DNA from: Camelus ferus | Taxonomy: Eukaryota | Direction of reading: 5' to 3' | Length of the DNA: 64,000 nt | NCBI RefSeq assembly: GCF_009834535.1 | Contig: NC_045696.1 | Location: 39,434,001-39,498,000 of the forward strand | Part shown: in pieces, positions 39,932 to 52,200 of the stretch | Position numbering within the stretch: the first letter of the stretch is position 1 | Layout: every line of letters begins with the position of its first letter | Position numbers and translations under genes: made by a program | Notes under the pieces: model-generated | The model's input: the letters and a program-made list of their open reading frames with translations, nothing else | The model's database searches: none | Told to the model about the DNA's origin: nothing

Positions 39932-40829
39932 AAGATGAGAGCAGAGGGAAAAGGTGAGGGGATTTATAGTCCTTACTCTGCTAAGTGAGTTTATGTTCTT
40001 CGGGCATGGCAGATGGTAAAGGTGACTCATATAGGCCAATTTTAGGGGTTCTTTGAAAGTTCCATCATAGGGGAACTCTCCAGCATCAATTCTTAAGATT
40101 TGAGTGATACTCTTCATTTCTCCAGGATGTCCACCCACCTCTATTCCCAGACCATCATCTGGGAGACTCCACCTTCCTACAGCTCTCACCCCCTACAGCC
40201 CACCCATGGTCCACGGGAAGCAATGAAACATCTTTGCCCCCATGCAGCAGCAAGGCCAATCTAGGGACTGGCATCAAACTGCTAATGGGCCAACTTTTTA
40301 CATCTAGATTTCCCAAGAGGGAATCAGTTTCAGTCTGCAGTGTCCCTGACATATGGGGATATAAATTAAGCATTTCAAGTAGTCCTCCTGAAGCCCTTGC
40401 TCACTGGGCTTGATGTAGGAGGTAGCAACATTCTCAAGCAGAAAAGCTTGGGGCCCCATAGCACAGCTGCTAACTCTCTCCCAGGAAAATCATACAAAAC
40501 CTTTCCATTCTCTGAAAGGATCCAGGAGTTATGGAATAGGTTTCCAGATATTAGGCTTCTATAGTCTGCATATGGTGACTTAGAAACTCATTTAGGAATT
40601 TTGCATTTATTTTATCTTGATGCCTAGTTGAAATTTCAATCTTACATTGTTATATAGGTTTTTTTTTAACATAGCATACATTACAAATCTACATAGCAGT
40701 AATCCCCAAATGTATTTAGCTACATAAACATTTTCTTTTTTTTTTCTTCTTCTTCTTTTCAGAAGCATTTAATAAAATTGGTATTCTATGGCACAGATTT
40801 TGGAATGTTCTACCCAAGAAGATTTTTTT

Positions 40830-41050
40830 AGTGATTAAAGTAAGAGCTCTGAGTCCAGATTTGAATTCTGGCTTTGCCATTTACAGTGTTAGTTTAGTCT
40901 CTGGGCCTCGGTTTCTTTAATTAGAGATAATGGTTGAATTGAATTGAGTTGTTGAATTGCTGTGGAAAGTGAGATTAGTCAAAACATGGCAAAGCACTTG
41001 GATCAGTGTCTGGCACAGAATATGTGCTCAACAAACATCAGCTGTTATTA
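40830..41050 (+). mobile_element. MIR SINE
   Basis: ttgaattctggctttgccatttac...ctctgggcctcggtttc...cagtgtctggcacagaatatgtgctcaacaaa. Confidence 0.7.
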
Positions 41051-41816
41051 GTAGCAGTAGTACTGGCAGTGTTAATGGCAGTATAAGCAATAGTGCTGGG
41101 GCTGCTTGGGTGATTAATTATAAAATGGCAAAGCTTTAATTACATTGAGACACGTGTCATTTTGCAAATGCATGTGTTTCTGATTTTACAGATCTAAAAA
41201 ACAAATGATCCATACGTTTGAACGTGGCTAAGTGAATCAAAGCCTCCATACTATAATTTTTGTATCCTCTTTTATTTAGTCATATAAAACTTTTTTGAAA
41301 TGTTGAATAGCATTTTCACATAATTAGAAGATATATAATTAGGAATTATCTTAATATTTTATTTTTAAAGAAAGGAAGATGCTTAATCCAAAAGGAAAAA
41401 CATCATTAGCAACTCTGGATAAGAACAAAATGCAAAGTTGTTTATTTTATAACAAATTTCCAAAAACGTGCAGTCCTTTCTGTCTTGTGATTTTTCAGCT
41501 CTTGCAGCTCTGCCTGAAGCCATGATCTTACGACTTAAGAGTATAAGACAAGCACACCAAAGTCATTGATTTTTGAGCAGTGTCTCGCTTGCACATGAAA
41601 CTCAGAAAGGCCAGAGAAAAAACAGCAAGCCCCACCAGCACACACCTCAAGACCACTAATTTTAAACACACGGTTGTATCCTAACTTGTGGTAAACAGCA
41701 CACTAAACAAAGGTGCGCCCTCGATGAGCTGGGGAAAAGTCCCAGTCAGAATGTTTAGTTCTGAGTAGCTCAGCAACCATGAGTAGTAACCCCATTCACA
41801 GTTTCAGCAGGCTGTA

Positions 41817-42256
41817 TAGTTATGGGTTGAACTGTGTCCCCTACCAAAAGATATGTTGAAGTCTTAATCCCTAGGACCTTAGAATGAATGTGACCTTATT
41901 TGAAGACAGGGTCTTTACAGAGTTAAAATGGGGTCATTAGGGTGGGCTTTATTCCAGTATGACTGATGTCCTCATAAAAGGGGGAAACAAGGACACAGAC
42001 ATACACAGAGGAATACGATGTAAAGAGACACAAGGAGAAGATGGCCATGTACAAGCCAAGGAATTCTGGAAGCTACCAGAAACTAGGAGAGAAACCCGTA
42101 ACAGACCCTTCCCTAGAGCCTTCAGAAGGAGCATGACCCAGCTGACACCTTGCTTTCAGACTGCTGGCCTCCAGACCTACAAGACAATACATTTCTGTCA
42201 TTCTAAGCCACCCCATTTGCAGTACTTTGTTACAGTAGCCCTAGCAAACTAATACA
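41817..42256 (+). mobile_element. MLT1B/C-like MaLR solo LTR
   Basis: gttatgggttgaactgtgtcccc...aatgtgaccttatttgaagacagggtctttacag...ctttgttacagtagccctagcaaactaataca; flanks ctgta/ctgca. Confidence 0.85.
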
Positions 42257-45200
42257 CTGCATGAAAGTACGTCCCTCCAAACATGCACGTTACTAAAAGC
42301 AGTTGTCCTGTACTTTTTCCTGCCTACTTCCAATAGCTTGTAAAGCTCAAGACCTGCCCTTGGAGTTAGTAGAAACTTACACACAGAAGAACCTTACAAA
42401 ATGAAGATACAAAGGAGATAAAATTAAACTAACAAGAAGACCGCTTCAGTATTGCTGATTTTTATTTCAAATGGTTAATGAAGTGTCTCTTACCGAAGGG
42501 GCTCACAAAAGTATTCTGCCTCTCAAGTTGTGCCACATTTAAAATTAAAATATTAGTCTTAGATACCAGCCATATTACATGAAGAATAAATTCTAATTGC
42601 TGTGAATAATCCTGGAATGCAAGGAATGATAGCAAATGACAACATTTACTGGCTCCACTCAAAGGATTATTTCTGGTTACTAGCAGGTCAAAGCTTAAGC
42701 CGGGCTCAGCCCTGCACACACCTGCCCATGAGCCCCCTGGTGCCCTCATTTACTGGGCGTGACTAAAGCAAAGCAAGGGAGGAAGTGAACTACTTTTCTG
42801 GGCTACTGCCTCCTACATAACCCTGGTTCCTGACTATTTGCTGAAAATGTCCACCCTATTAAAAAAACCAGTAGGAATTTTTGGTGGCTGGATTGTCGGA
42901 TTCTCAGTAAGGCACAGTCCTCAAAGTATACCTCAAAAAATTTCCACAGGAATTAAAAACCTTTTCCCTTTTTTGGGTTCTTCTCTTCTCCCTATTCATT
43001 CTCCAAAACTCCCCACGGAGGCCTTTGCCCCTCAGGCCTCTAGTCTGAGTGATGTCACATGTCAAGTCCAAAGTCTCTGGCCAGAAAGATTAGGCCAGGG
43101 AAAACAGGGCTGTGGGTTTCACAGGCTCTAACACTCCCAATAACCACGAGCTGTGGGCTTTGAAGGAAGGCCTTCCACCTCTGGCTACAGAAACCTCAGC
43201 TTACTGCGTGTGAGAGGGGGAAGTTGTAGTCCACAGCTTCCCACCGCTCTTGTAACCAGAAGATCCTACAACTCTGATCCCAGATTCAGCAGGGAGTAGG
43301 GTGTGGATGCTGCTGTGATCTCACACCTTAGGTTAACTTTAGGAAGAACAAAAAGAAGACCTCTGACTGAAAAGATGTTGACGTTACCAAAAGAAAGTAG
43401 AGGAGTTTTGTGGTAGATTCCCAAGGAAAGTGTTACAGTATTAAATGATCCTACATGGAAATAAAGAAGACAGACTTCCAAATGCAGCAGACCAAGCCAT
43501 TCCCAGGCAGTGGGTCCCACTGGGCTAGCAGGGACCCTGGTGTCTCTCATTCTACCTGGTCCACGGACTGAACTCATATTCTACCAGGACTGAGTCCAAA
43601 GCCCCATCACAAGGTGGGTGATCCACTAGTGGGCCATCTCTCGCCTCTGTCTCACTCTCCTTCTCAGACAGCTCTTACTTACAAAACTCTCACTTCACGC
43701 TGAAGATGACTCATATTTTTTCATGATATTAGGTGATGTGTCAGGATCTTGGGAGGAAAAAGATGGCTTTCCCAATTTATGATAATTTAAGGGGGGGGCT
43801 TAATGAAGGGGGGTCACAAGGGATAGTGCAGTAACCTGGGACTGGTAACAACAGAGCTTATATTTATGTCGGAGAGGGGACAACTGCCAGCACCTGAAAG
43901 AAGAGAGTTCTTTCTAAACATCTCTAGGGAGGGCTGCCGGCTTGAAGCAACCCCACAGGGAGGGAGCCAGGGGAACAAATACCCTTGAAGATAATACAAG
44001 GCATTTTGAAAACACCAATCCTTGCTAGTTGAAGTACTTCCTGAAGGAATTCTCTTAATGTTGCCAATCTGTTGAAAGTTTATCCCTACTGAGGAGAAGC
44101 AGAGGTAGGATTTTTTTTTTTTTAACCAATGCACTGTCAAAGCAAGGCAAACTTTTTGGTGTGGGATAGGTGTGAGTATGTAGATCTAACATGGTTCCTT
44201 GTCCCCAGAATGTCCTCCTCTACCAGAAATTAGAAAGTTCGGTGGGGGGGAGGTGTAGCGTTCTTACAGTTTGCTACTTGTTATCCTGTGTAATTAAGTC
44301 CATGAGAGACTGGTTTTTCTTTGGACACACTCAGTGTGAATTTACTTAACCCATGACCAAACTGCTAGATTGGAGAGAAGTCACTCTAGAGCTCTCTCTT
44401 AATCTCTGAAGCCCACATTGCTTCAGGTCAGTGGGGTCAAACTCCTACAGTCTCACCATAGAGCTGTTTCAATCAGAGAATCTTACGCTGTGTCCTGCTT
44501 TATCTAGTATGTTGCTTTATTTTAAAAACCCAGCTGGATCTATTCTCTTATTATGTTTCTACCCAAAAGAATAAGCCAAATTCTCTGATTCGTCTAGCCT
44601 GGGATAGCAAGTATACAGCAAAGTGCTCCCACTCGTCACGCCCGTATACTCACAACAGATGCAACTAATCATCCACTTCTAGTTCCTGGAAATTGCAAAA
44701 TACGATAGTGAGTGTGTCTGTCAACAAATTCTGTTCGCCAAAGGATGAGCTTCTGCTTCCTCCCTTTTTTTGTCCCTCCAGGCCTTTGAAAATAGCATTA
44801 ATATATACTATAATGGCCTTGTTAGGGTCTATTGCAATAAACCATTACCACATAACAATAGCTCATTCCCCTGTAATTACCCTTCTGCCAGCATCACTTA
44901 TAAATCATGCTTCTCTTTCTTATCTACTCCTGTTAATCTTGTAACATCGCTGGTATTAAGGAGCAGTAATAACTAGTTAACATTTATCCTTCAGGGTAGG
45001 CCATGCAGTAAACACCCTGGTACACAATTGGTTTTCTTACCGGAATGTTGTTTGCAACCAAAGCCAGAATTCTTCCACTTCTGAGGGAAACGGGTTCAGC
45101 TGAGGCAGGGAGTACATCAACCAGGTGGCAGAGCATTTTTCTCTGTCTTAAACTTTAATCAGGTCAAATCCTGGAATACCAAAGTTGAGGGGGGAGGAAT

Positions 45201-46655
45201 TCTTGATGCTGGAGATAAGTAATTTTTAAGGTAATATAAGACACTTAAAACAAAGAACTTATCATGCACAGTTGGTAACATAAACTAAGACTAGCTTCAG
45301 GGGAATGGCGGTAAGTATATGACGGTTACTTTCTGGCTCATTCATTTGTGCAGCAAACATGAATCACCCGCAAGCCACACATTTGCCAGGCACTGTTATC
45401 AGCACTGTTTACAGGCTCTCCCTAAACTTAAGAAGTTGTCTGGAGGGCAGCCACCAGGTCATAGCGCATGTTGACTCCAGATCAGTCTGAAACAGGTGAA
45501 ATTAGGGTGGATGGATCGTAGATCTGGGCCAGTTTGGCATTTCTTATCATCTTACAACACTTTTATTGTGGATATTGATTTGCTCAAATATACAAGCATA
45601 ACGGTACCTAATCCAAACCATTTTATCTGACTGATTATAAAGAATAAATGAATAGACAAAAATAAACATTCCAACCGAAGTCCTACCTGTTCAATTGATT
45701 AAAATCTGTTTGTTTTTTTTTTAAGGTGGATGCTTTGGGCAAATATGCAGTTGACTTTTTCTAGCCTCTCTACTGGGCTAAACCAGTTTCTCTAATATCA
45801 CAGTTTTCTTTTCTAGCACCTTTATCCACTTTCCTGCTGCCTAAGTTCTGGTCTCCACCGCTTCACTTTACCCAGTCAGATGATAGTGCACTGAACTCTT
45901 GGAAAGGAATGATCACGGAATACCATAATTAATGACTAAACAATTTCAATGCTATTGGTTTGCTTTCTTTCTAGTGTACACAGACAAGGATAATAATAAA
46001 AGTTCAAAGGAACTAAAATCCTTCTCCCTCCTACAATATAAATTAACACCTTTATAAACAAGCGATTATTTACAAAGCTGGTCAAAAAAGTAGTTTAGAT
46101 GTGGGTTTCATTTAGAATTTCTCAGTCGCATCTTTTGTTTTTCTCCCTATTATTTAACAATTATTTTATTGTACATATCATTCCAAGTACTTAAAACAGA
46201 AATTGTTGTGATATTTAAAAATGTAGTTAGGAAAACAACAGAGGACATAACCTATCACTGTTTAAAAACAGTCATTGAAACAAACCAACCAAGCGCATAA
46301 GCAAAAAGACCTTTCTAGTCCTATACTTGACTGCAAAGTAACTGACAGTGAGAATAAACACACCTTCCCTCCTCTACAATTCAAAACACCTTCTCTTTAC
46401 ACATAATTATGCAGATTCTTACCTTAAAGGGGAAGATCACAGACTACTATATCACTGCTTTTTTATTCAAACTAAAAATCATAACTTCGTGTTTTTAAAA
46501 AGTTCAATGAAATCTGGAAAGCCGTTAAAAGGCCAATGGAGAGAGAGGGGGGAAGAAAGGAAGGCAGATTCATGCCTTTATTTCTGGAGGAAGGGTTTCT
46601 GAAGGCTTTTTCTAAAACTCTTTAGCACCAGCTCAAGTTGAGGTTCGCCTGAGCA

Positions 46656-46857
46656 TTGCGTGCCACTCTTGAGGTGTCCTGGGGGCTGACTCATTTGCTT
46701 TATCATTTCTTGTGAAAACGAGAGGTGGCAGCTATCACTGGAGAGGAAAGGGTGACTTGGTGACTGATCTCTTTACTGAACTGAGGAAAGCAGTCACACG
46801 CAAGGTGCAGAACCTCCCAGCTCCCGGAGAAACCCAACAGCTTCAGAGAAAGGAAGT
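46656..46857. promoter_or_regulatory. Candidate distal enhancer (2x XRE, AP-1, GATA, STAT6, GAS, ETS)
   Basis: Motif cluster in sequence with no recognisable repeat; see findings. Confidence 0.5.
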
Positions 46858-47424
46858 TATTTCTATCCAAGAAGACAGGTGGTAACTGAAAATGCAATCA
46901 TGAAGGAAAGAAGAAACATCTTTTTCAGAAATATAGTAACAGTCGCATATAATCAGGCTTATTCCACTTCTCACTTACACCTAATGCTGTTAACTGTATA
47001 TTGCAAGTTGAAATAGAATTGATCGTTGTTCTGGGTTTTAAAAATTCTCTCCCTTTCTAAATGCATCACATCACTTTTAACTGTCCGAAGAACCCTTTAT
47101 AGTTTACTTCCTCTAAAACACGTGCAGTTTTAATAGAATGATGGGGGCAAAAAGTCACACACCCACTCAAAGGGTCTGAGGAGTGAGCAATGGGAACAGT
47201 GAACAGAGGAACGTAGAAAGTAATAAATGCCCTAAAAGAAGTTCTGAGAAAGTCAGGGTTTTTCTTTCCTGGGTCAGTGGGGCTTGGCTTGACTTCTGAT
47301 TGAGCTGAACCTCAGTGACAGACACTAATGTCTTTCCACATGGATTTGGAGAGGAAATGGAAACAACAAAAATATTTGTTGGACACTTACTGGGATGAGA
47401 GTGAGGACAGACAGACACTTCTCT

Positions 47425-47800
47425 AAATACTTTACAAGCCTATCCATTTTAATCCTTAAAACAACCTGGAGAAGTAAATATTGTTATCCCAATTTTAGAG
47501 ATGAGAAAGTTCAGACACAGAGTTAATGGAAAAGGAGAGAAAACAGACAGACTGATCCCACTGTCAATCTGGACTCTAAATGTTTCAAAAGCACATCTGC
47601 CTTTTTTGTGACGAATAACAAACATTTTTGTATTATTTCCATTAATGAAGCATGTCCTCATATGTTATCTCAATTTATCCTCATTAAAGGACTGGTGGGA
47701 TGCTTTTATTAAGCTTGTTACTCAGGTGAGGAAAACAAGTTTTAGGGAGTTCTCAAGATCACTCATCAGGAAATGATAGAGCCAAGATCAGAACACAAAT
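47425..47800 (-). mobile_element. Two adjacent MIR fragments
   Basis: tttaatccttaaaacaacctgg...tatcccaattttagagatgagaaag; caggtgaggaaaacaag...tcaagatcac...atagagccaagatcagaacac. Confidence 0.55.
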
Positions 47801-48054
47801 CTTGTGCCCTCAGTTCTTCTGCTTTTTCAGTTTTCCCCTTGCCTTTCATCTCTGTGCCCCTCCTCTCCCGACTCATGGGAAGGCTGTGATGTCCGTAAAC
47901 TCTCGCATCCATCTGCAGCCAGAACTGAAGTTTCAGTTCATCAGCTTTACAGCCTCTTTTCCTGTTAAAAGACAAAGGTCCTTGGAGAGATAGCACTTTA
48001 ATCTCTCACCCATCATTTGCACTTTAGTATGACAAAGGGTCTGAGATCAGTTGT

Positions 48055-48400
48055 TTGTTTTTAACAGACTTATTTTTGGAGCAGTTTTAGGTTCACAGAA
48101 AAACTGAACAGGAAGGTAAAGAGAGTTCCCACATACCCGCTACTCCAATACATGTATAGCCTCCCCGTTAGCAGAATCCCCCACAAGAGTGAAACATTCA
48201 TTACAACCGAAGAACGTACATTAACACATGGTTATCACCCAAAACCTTACATTGGCTTCACTCTTGGTGTTGTCAAATTTATATTGACACATAGCCACCA
48301 TTACAGTATTATCTGGGGTAGTTGCACTGCCCTAAAACACCTCTGTTCTCTGCCCATTCCTCCCTTCCTTCACCCTAACCCTGGCAACCACTGATCTTTA
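48055..48400 (-). mobile_element. L1MC-like 3' end
   Basis: gagcagttttaggttcacagaaaaactgaacagg...gagagttcccacataccc...ttcactcttggtgttgt...ccctggcaaccactgatcttt. Confidence 0.75.
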
Positions 48401-49269
48401 TACAGTGAAATTAGTTTTTGACTGGGTTGGGGGGGGGGATAAAAATTTAAATAAAAAGCAAACAAAAAAATACAGATGATACGAGTATTCAGTCGTAAGG
48501 TATATGGGGTGATACGGGTGTGGGGACTGAAGACCTAAAGGGAAACTCACACAACTTAGTAAATGAGCGAGACACACCTCTCTCCACCCCACCCATCCTC
48601 ACATCTTGCTGAAGACTCAGCTCAGCAGATTTGAAACAGTTTTTATAGTGAAAGCCTATGTTGAAATAAAAGCTTACATTTTTGTACATAATATATTAAG
48701 AATGTAATTGATACAAATTCATGTTAGCATCAAAGTGTAGCTATTTTAATGAAAGTTAGTCTCACATGCAGCTCAGCATCTACCTCAGGTGGCAGCATCA
48801 AACTATTTTTAAAATTTTGATCTAGTTTAACAGAATTGAGAAAAATCCAATTCATAATAACAAATATTTGCAAATGGTTCTTTAAAAGAACTCACATTGC
48901 AGTCTAGGACTACTTCCATTAAACTGGATCAGAAGTTTTGAAGGGCACTAACAACTAGCTTGTATTCTTTAATATAAACATAAAAGCCTAACACACATCT
49001 AAAATGTACAATCAGCATTAACACTGCCTATGTCAAAATATTATCAAAATATGACCAAGTTATGTGTTCAATTGCTTTTATCTATTGTGTTGTATTGGTG
49101 CATAAGAAAAGAATTCACCGAAAAGCTTTCCTGAGTCTCTAGGAACTTGGTCATGTAAGCGTTATCACGGTGTAGTTTTAGTTGTGCAAATTTATAGGCT
49201 CAAATTTTTTAAACAACCAGTACAAAGCTATAAACTTTTCTAAACCAAGGGTGGCACATCTGTAAGCAC

Positions 49270-50400
49270 AGTATATGAACAGAGACAGGGAAAACTCTGG
49301 AAAAGAAGACTAAAAGGACTAGTCTCGTCAGGTATAAAAGATTATAAAATGCTAGTAATTAAACTGTTTGTGGGCTGGAATAGCTAATCAATGAAAGAGA
49401 CTACAGGATACAGAAATAGACCCAAATGTGTCCAGGAGAATATGATCAAGCTGAGCACTTCAGTACAGAAAAAAAAAAAATGAATTTTCCATTTGGGGGA
49501 AAAAAAGCCATATGGGAAAAAGAAGCTGGATTTCTCTCATTCTTTATGTCAAAATACATTTCTGGTGCAGCGGTGTGCTAGGCTGGCATTTACCAGCTGG
49601 CAAGAGGCAATTGTGCACGTCTCTTCCTAGCTAACTCTGTGCTTAGAGAGGTTGCACTGAGAGCTTGTAATTGGGCATGGTAAGAGTGTTTACACCTCAG
49701 AAATTTGCAAATACTACAAATTAGGGCTTTTGTTTTCATTTCTGTGTTTTGAGATTCAATTTTCCAGTCACCACATCGGTAAGAAAAAAAAAATGTAAGA
49801 TATGAACCAGAAGATAATATGAGCATTTTTCTTTTAATAACTTTCTTTAAAGGTGGTAAACTTTTTCTAAAAATCCAAAATACTGTTTTAAAGATACATC
49901 TTCCTACAAAAAGTAAAAATCTTCTACTCCAAAAAATCTCTGTAAGTAATGTTAAATTTAAAGTGTCAAAATATGTACACACATAAAGCAGGGCTAATGT
50001 TCTTATTATACAAAGAGCTCTAACAAGTTAATAGGGAAAAGATGAGCAATTCAATATAAAGGTGAGTGAAAGACATTAACTGACAGTTAACAGAAGTATG
50101 AATATACCTGGCCAATAAATATATGAAAAAATGCTCAATCTCATGCCCTAACTAAGAAATTCAAATTGAAAAAAAATTAAGCCTATAAAATGGTAAAAGT
50201 TGAGGGTGGGCTGTGATGATGAGGGCAAGGTGTGGGGAAGCCTATTCATTCCTGTGGGATATTGTTAAATTTGACACAATTAAGTGAAATTGAAAATTCA
50301 CATCTGTTTCAACTCAGTAATTCTACTCCTAGGAATTTATTTTACAGACTTTCCTAGATGCACAAAAGTGAGCAGACATGGATGACTGTTGTGGCACTGT
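49270..50400 (+). mobile_element. Decayed L1ME-like remnant, interrupted by MER63
   Basis: cagaaatagacccaaat, tatacaaagagctcta, ggccaataaatatatgaaaaaatgctcaatctca, caactcagtaattctactcctaggaatttat. Confidence 0.55.
49568..49778. mobile_element. MER63A-like hAT MITE
   Basis: cagcggtgtgctagg...attgtgcacgtctcttcc...gagtgtttacacctcagaaatttgcaaatactacaaattagggcttt. Confidence 0.7.
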
Positions 50401-50409
50401 TTGGGTAAT

Positions 50410-50900
50410 AGTTATCACTGCTACATGAGAATTACCCACAAAAAGCTCAACATCATAATAAACACTATTATCTCATGTAGTTTTGATGTCCTAGGAGCTG
50501 GAGAGCAGCTTAGCTGGGTGGGTATCTCATGAGGTTGTAGTCAAGGTGTGGGTGGAGGCTGCGGTCATCTGAAGGTCTGACTGGGGCTGGATGATCCAGT
50601 TCCAATGTGACTCACTCTCGTGGCTGACAAGTTACAGGAGGCCTCAGTTCCTCATCCCACAGACTTTTCAGTAGAACTGTTAGGGTGTCCCCATAACAAC
50701 CAGGTTTCACCAGAGTGAATGATCCAAAAGAGAGTAAGCAGAAGCCACAATGCTTTTTATGACCTAGTCCTGGAAGCCATTTCCACACTATCTGTGTTAT
50801 ACAAGTCAGCCCAGTTCAGTGAGGGAAGTGAATACACAAGGGCATGAATACCACGAGATGAGGCTCACTGGAGACCATCTTCTAAGGCTAGTTATGACAG
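50410..50900 (-). mobile_element. MLT1F/G-like MaLR LTR
   Basis: gagcagcttagctgggtgg...tctcatgaggttgtagtcaag...gtcatctgaagg...ggaggcctcagttcctc...gggcatgaatacca. Confidence 0.75.
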
Positions 50901-51656
50901 TTTGGAATAAAAAGGAAAAAAAAAGGAATCTCAATATTCATTAATAAAGTACTGGTTAAAAGATTTTTTAACTTAATGTTGTAAGACCATTAAAAGAAAG
51001 AAACAACCTATAAGGGCGCTATGGAAAAATGCCCAAAATATAAAGTGCATGAAGCATATATTTATATGTTATAATGAGTCCCTCAGTATTCTTATAAAAA
51101 TAGGCATATATGCATAATTACATGCATAAGAGCATGAAATCTGTGCAACCATTTATAAGATCTATCAGTGGGCAGTGGAATTGGGGGTGATAGTAGTTAG
51201 GGATACATAACTTTATTTTATGCTCTACACTTATACTAGAAATGTTTGAAAAAATGTTACTATGCACACACATTTACAATTTTTAAAACTAGTTAACAAT
51301 ATGCTCCACAGATATGTACAGCACAGATAGACAAAAGGGGATATCATTTTAGTCAAGCTCAGACCGATTTCAGATCTAGCTCCTTACTCGGAGGAGCTAA
51401 GTGAGTAAGCAGAAGGAAGAGAAGATGGTCTTCTGAATTGAGGATGGAGTACCAGTCTCCCTAGTGTCCAAGTCTCCAGCCTCTGCAGAGCTGGATTAAC
51501 ATGAAATGAGAATTATCCCCAAAGTAGAAATCAGCTGTGGTGGATTTCTCCCTATTCTAAGGCCACAGGGTACTTTGGAGGGTCTGGCAGCTGGGATGTG
51601 CAGGAATGGCGGGGTTTGCAGTGGGTAGCAGTTTCACCAGGTCACACAACGTGGAA

Positions 51657-51704
51657 ACCTTGATGTTAGCAAAACTCAGCACCTTGATGTTAGCAAAACT
51701 CAGC
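51657..51704. repeat. Perfect 24-bp tandem duplication
   Basis: accttgatgttagcaaaactcagc x2. Confidence 0.95.
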
Positions 51705-52054
51705 TCCAGTGGATTTCCAAAGCATCCGCTACCATGTGAACACCTGTCCTGGAAGATCTTCAGGGACTGTAGCTGCTGGGAGTTGACTCATCTCTCCTGA
51801 TGGATTATCTTGAAGGGGATGGAGACCCAGGAAGCCCATGCTCAGTTTATTACAAGGCCAAGTTTGGGTTTGAACCTTGGAATAAGTTCTCTACCAGGGT
51901 GAGGAAGAGGATGGCTGAGAATTGTCTATAGCAAGCATGAGCAAAACAGAGTAATAGGATTTTCTTTAAATTTTTTTTTTGTTTTCAACTTTATTTTCTG
52001 TTAGTTTGCATGCTTACCATTTTTTTTAAGTTTTTAAAATAGATTTATTTACCT

Positions 52055-52200
52055 TATTTTTATTTTATTTATTTTTTGAAGGAAGGGAGGTAATTAGATT
52101 TATTAATTTACTAATTTTTGTAATGGAGGTACTGGGGATTGAACCCAGGACCTCATGCATGCCCAGCATGTACTCTACCACTGAGCTATACCCTGCCCCC
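52055..52200 (-). mobile_element. tRNA-derived SINE (camelid Vic-1-like)
   Basis: Minus strand GGGTATAGCTCAGTGGTAGAG (A box)...GGTTCAATCCCCAGTACCTCCATT (B box), then AATAAATCTAATTACCTCCC and an A-rich tail. Confidence 0.8.

Noticed and set aside
52125..52200. Possible tRNA gene
   Set aside because: Acceptor stem does not pair well and a SINE-type tail follows; it is a tRNA-derived SINE.
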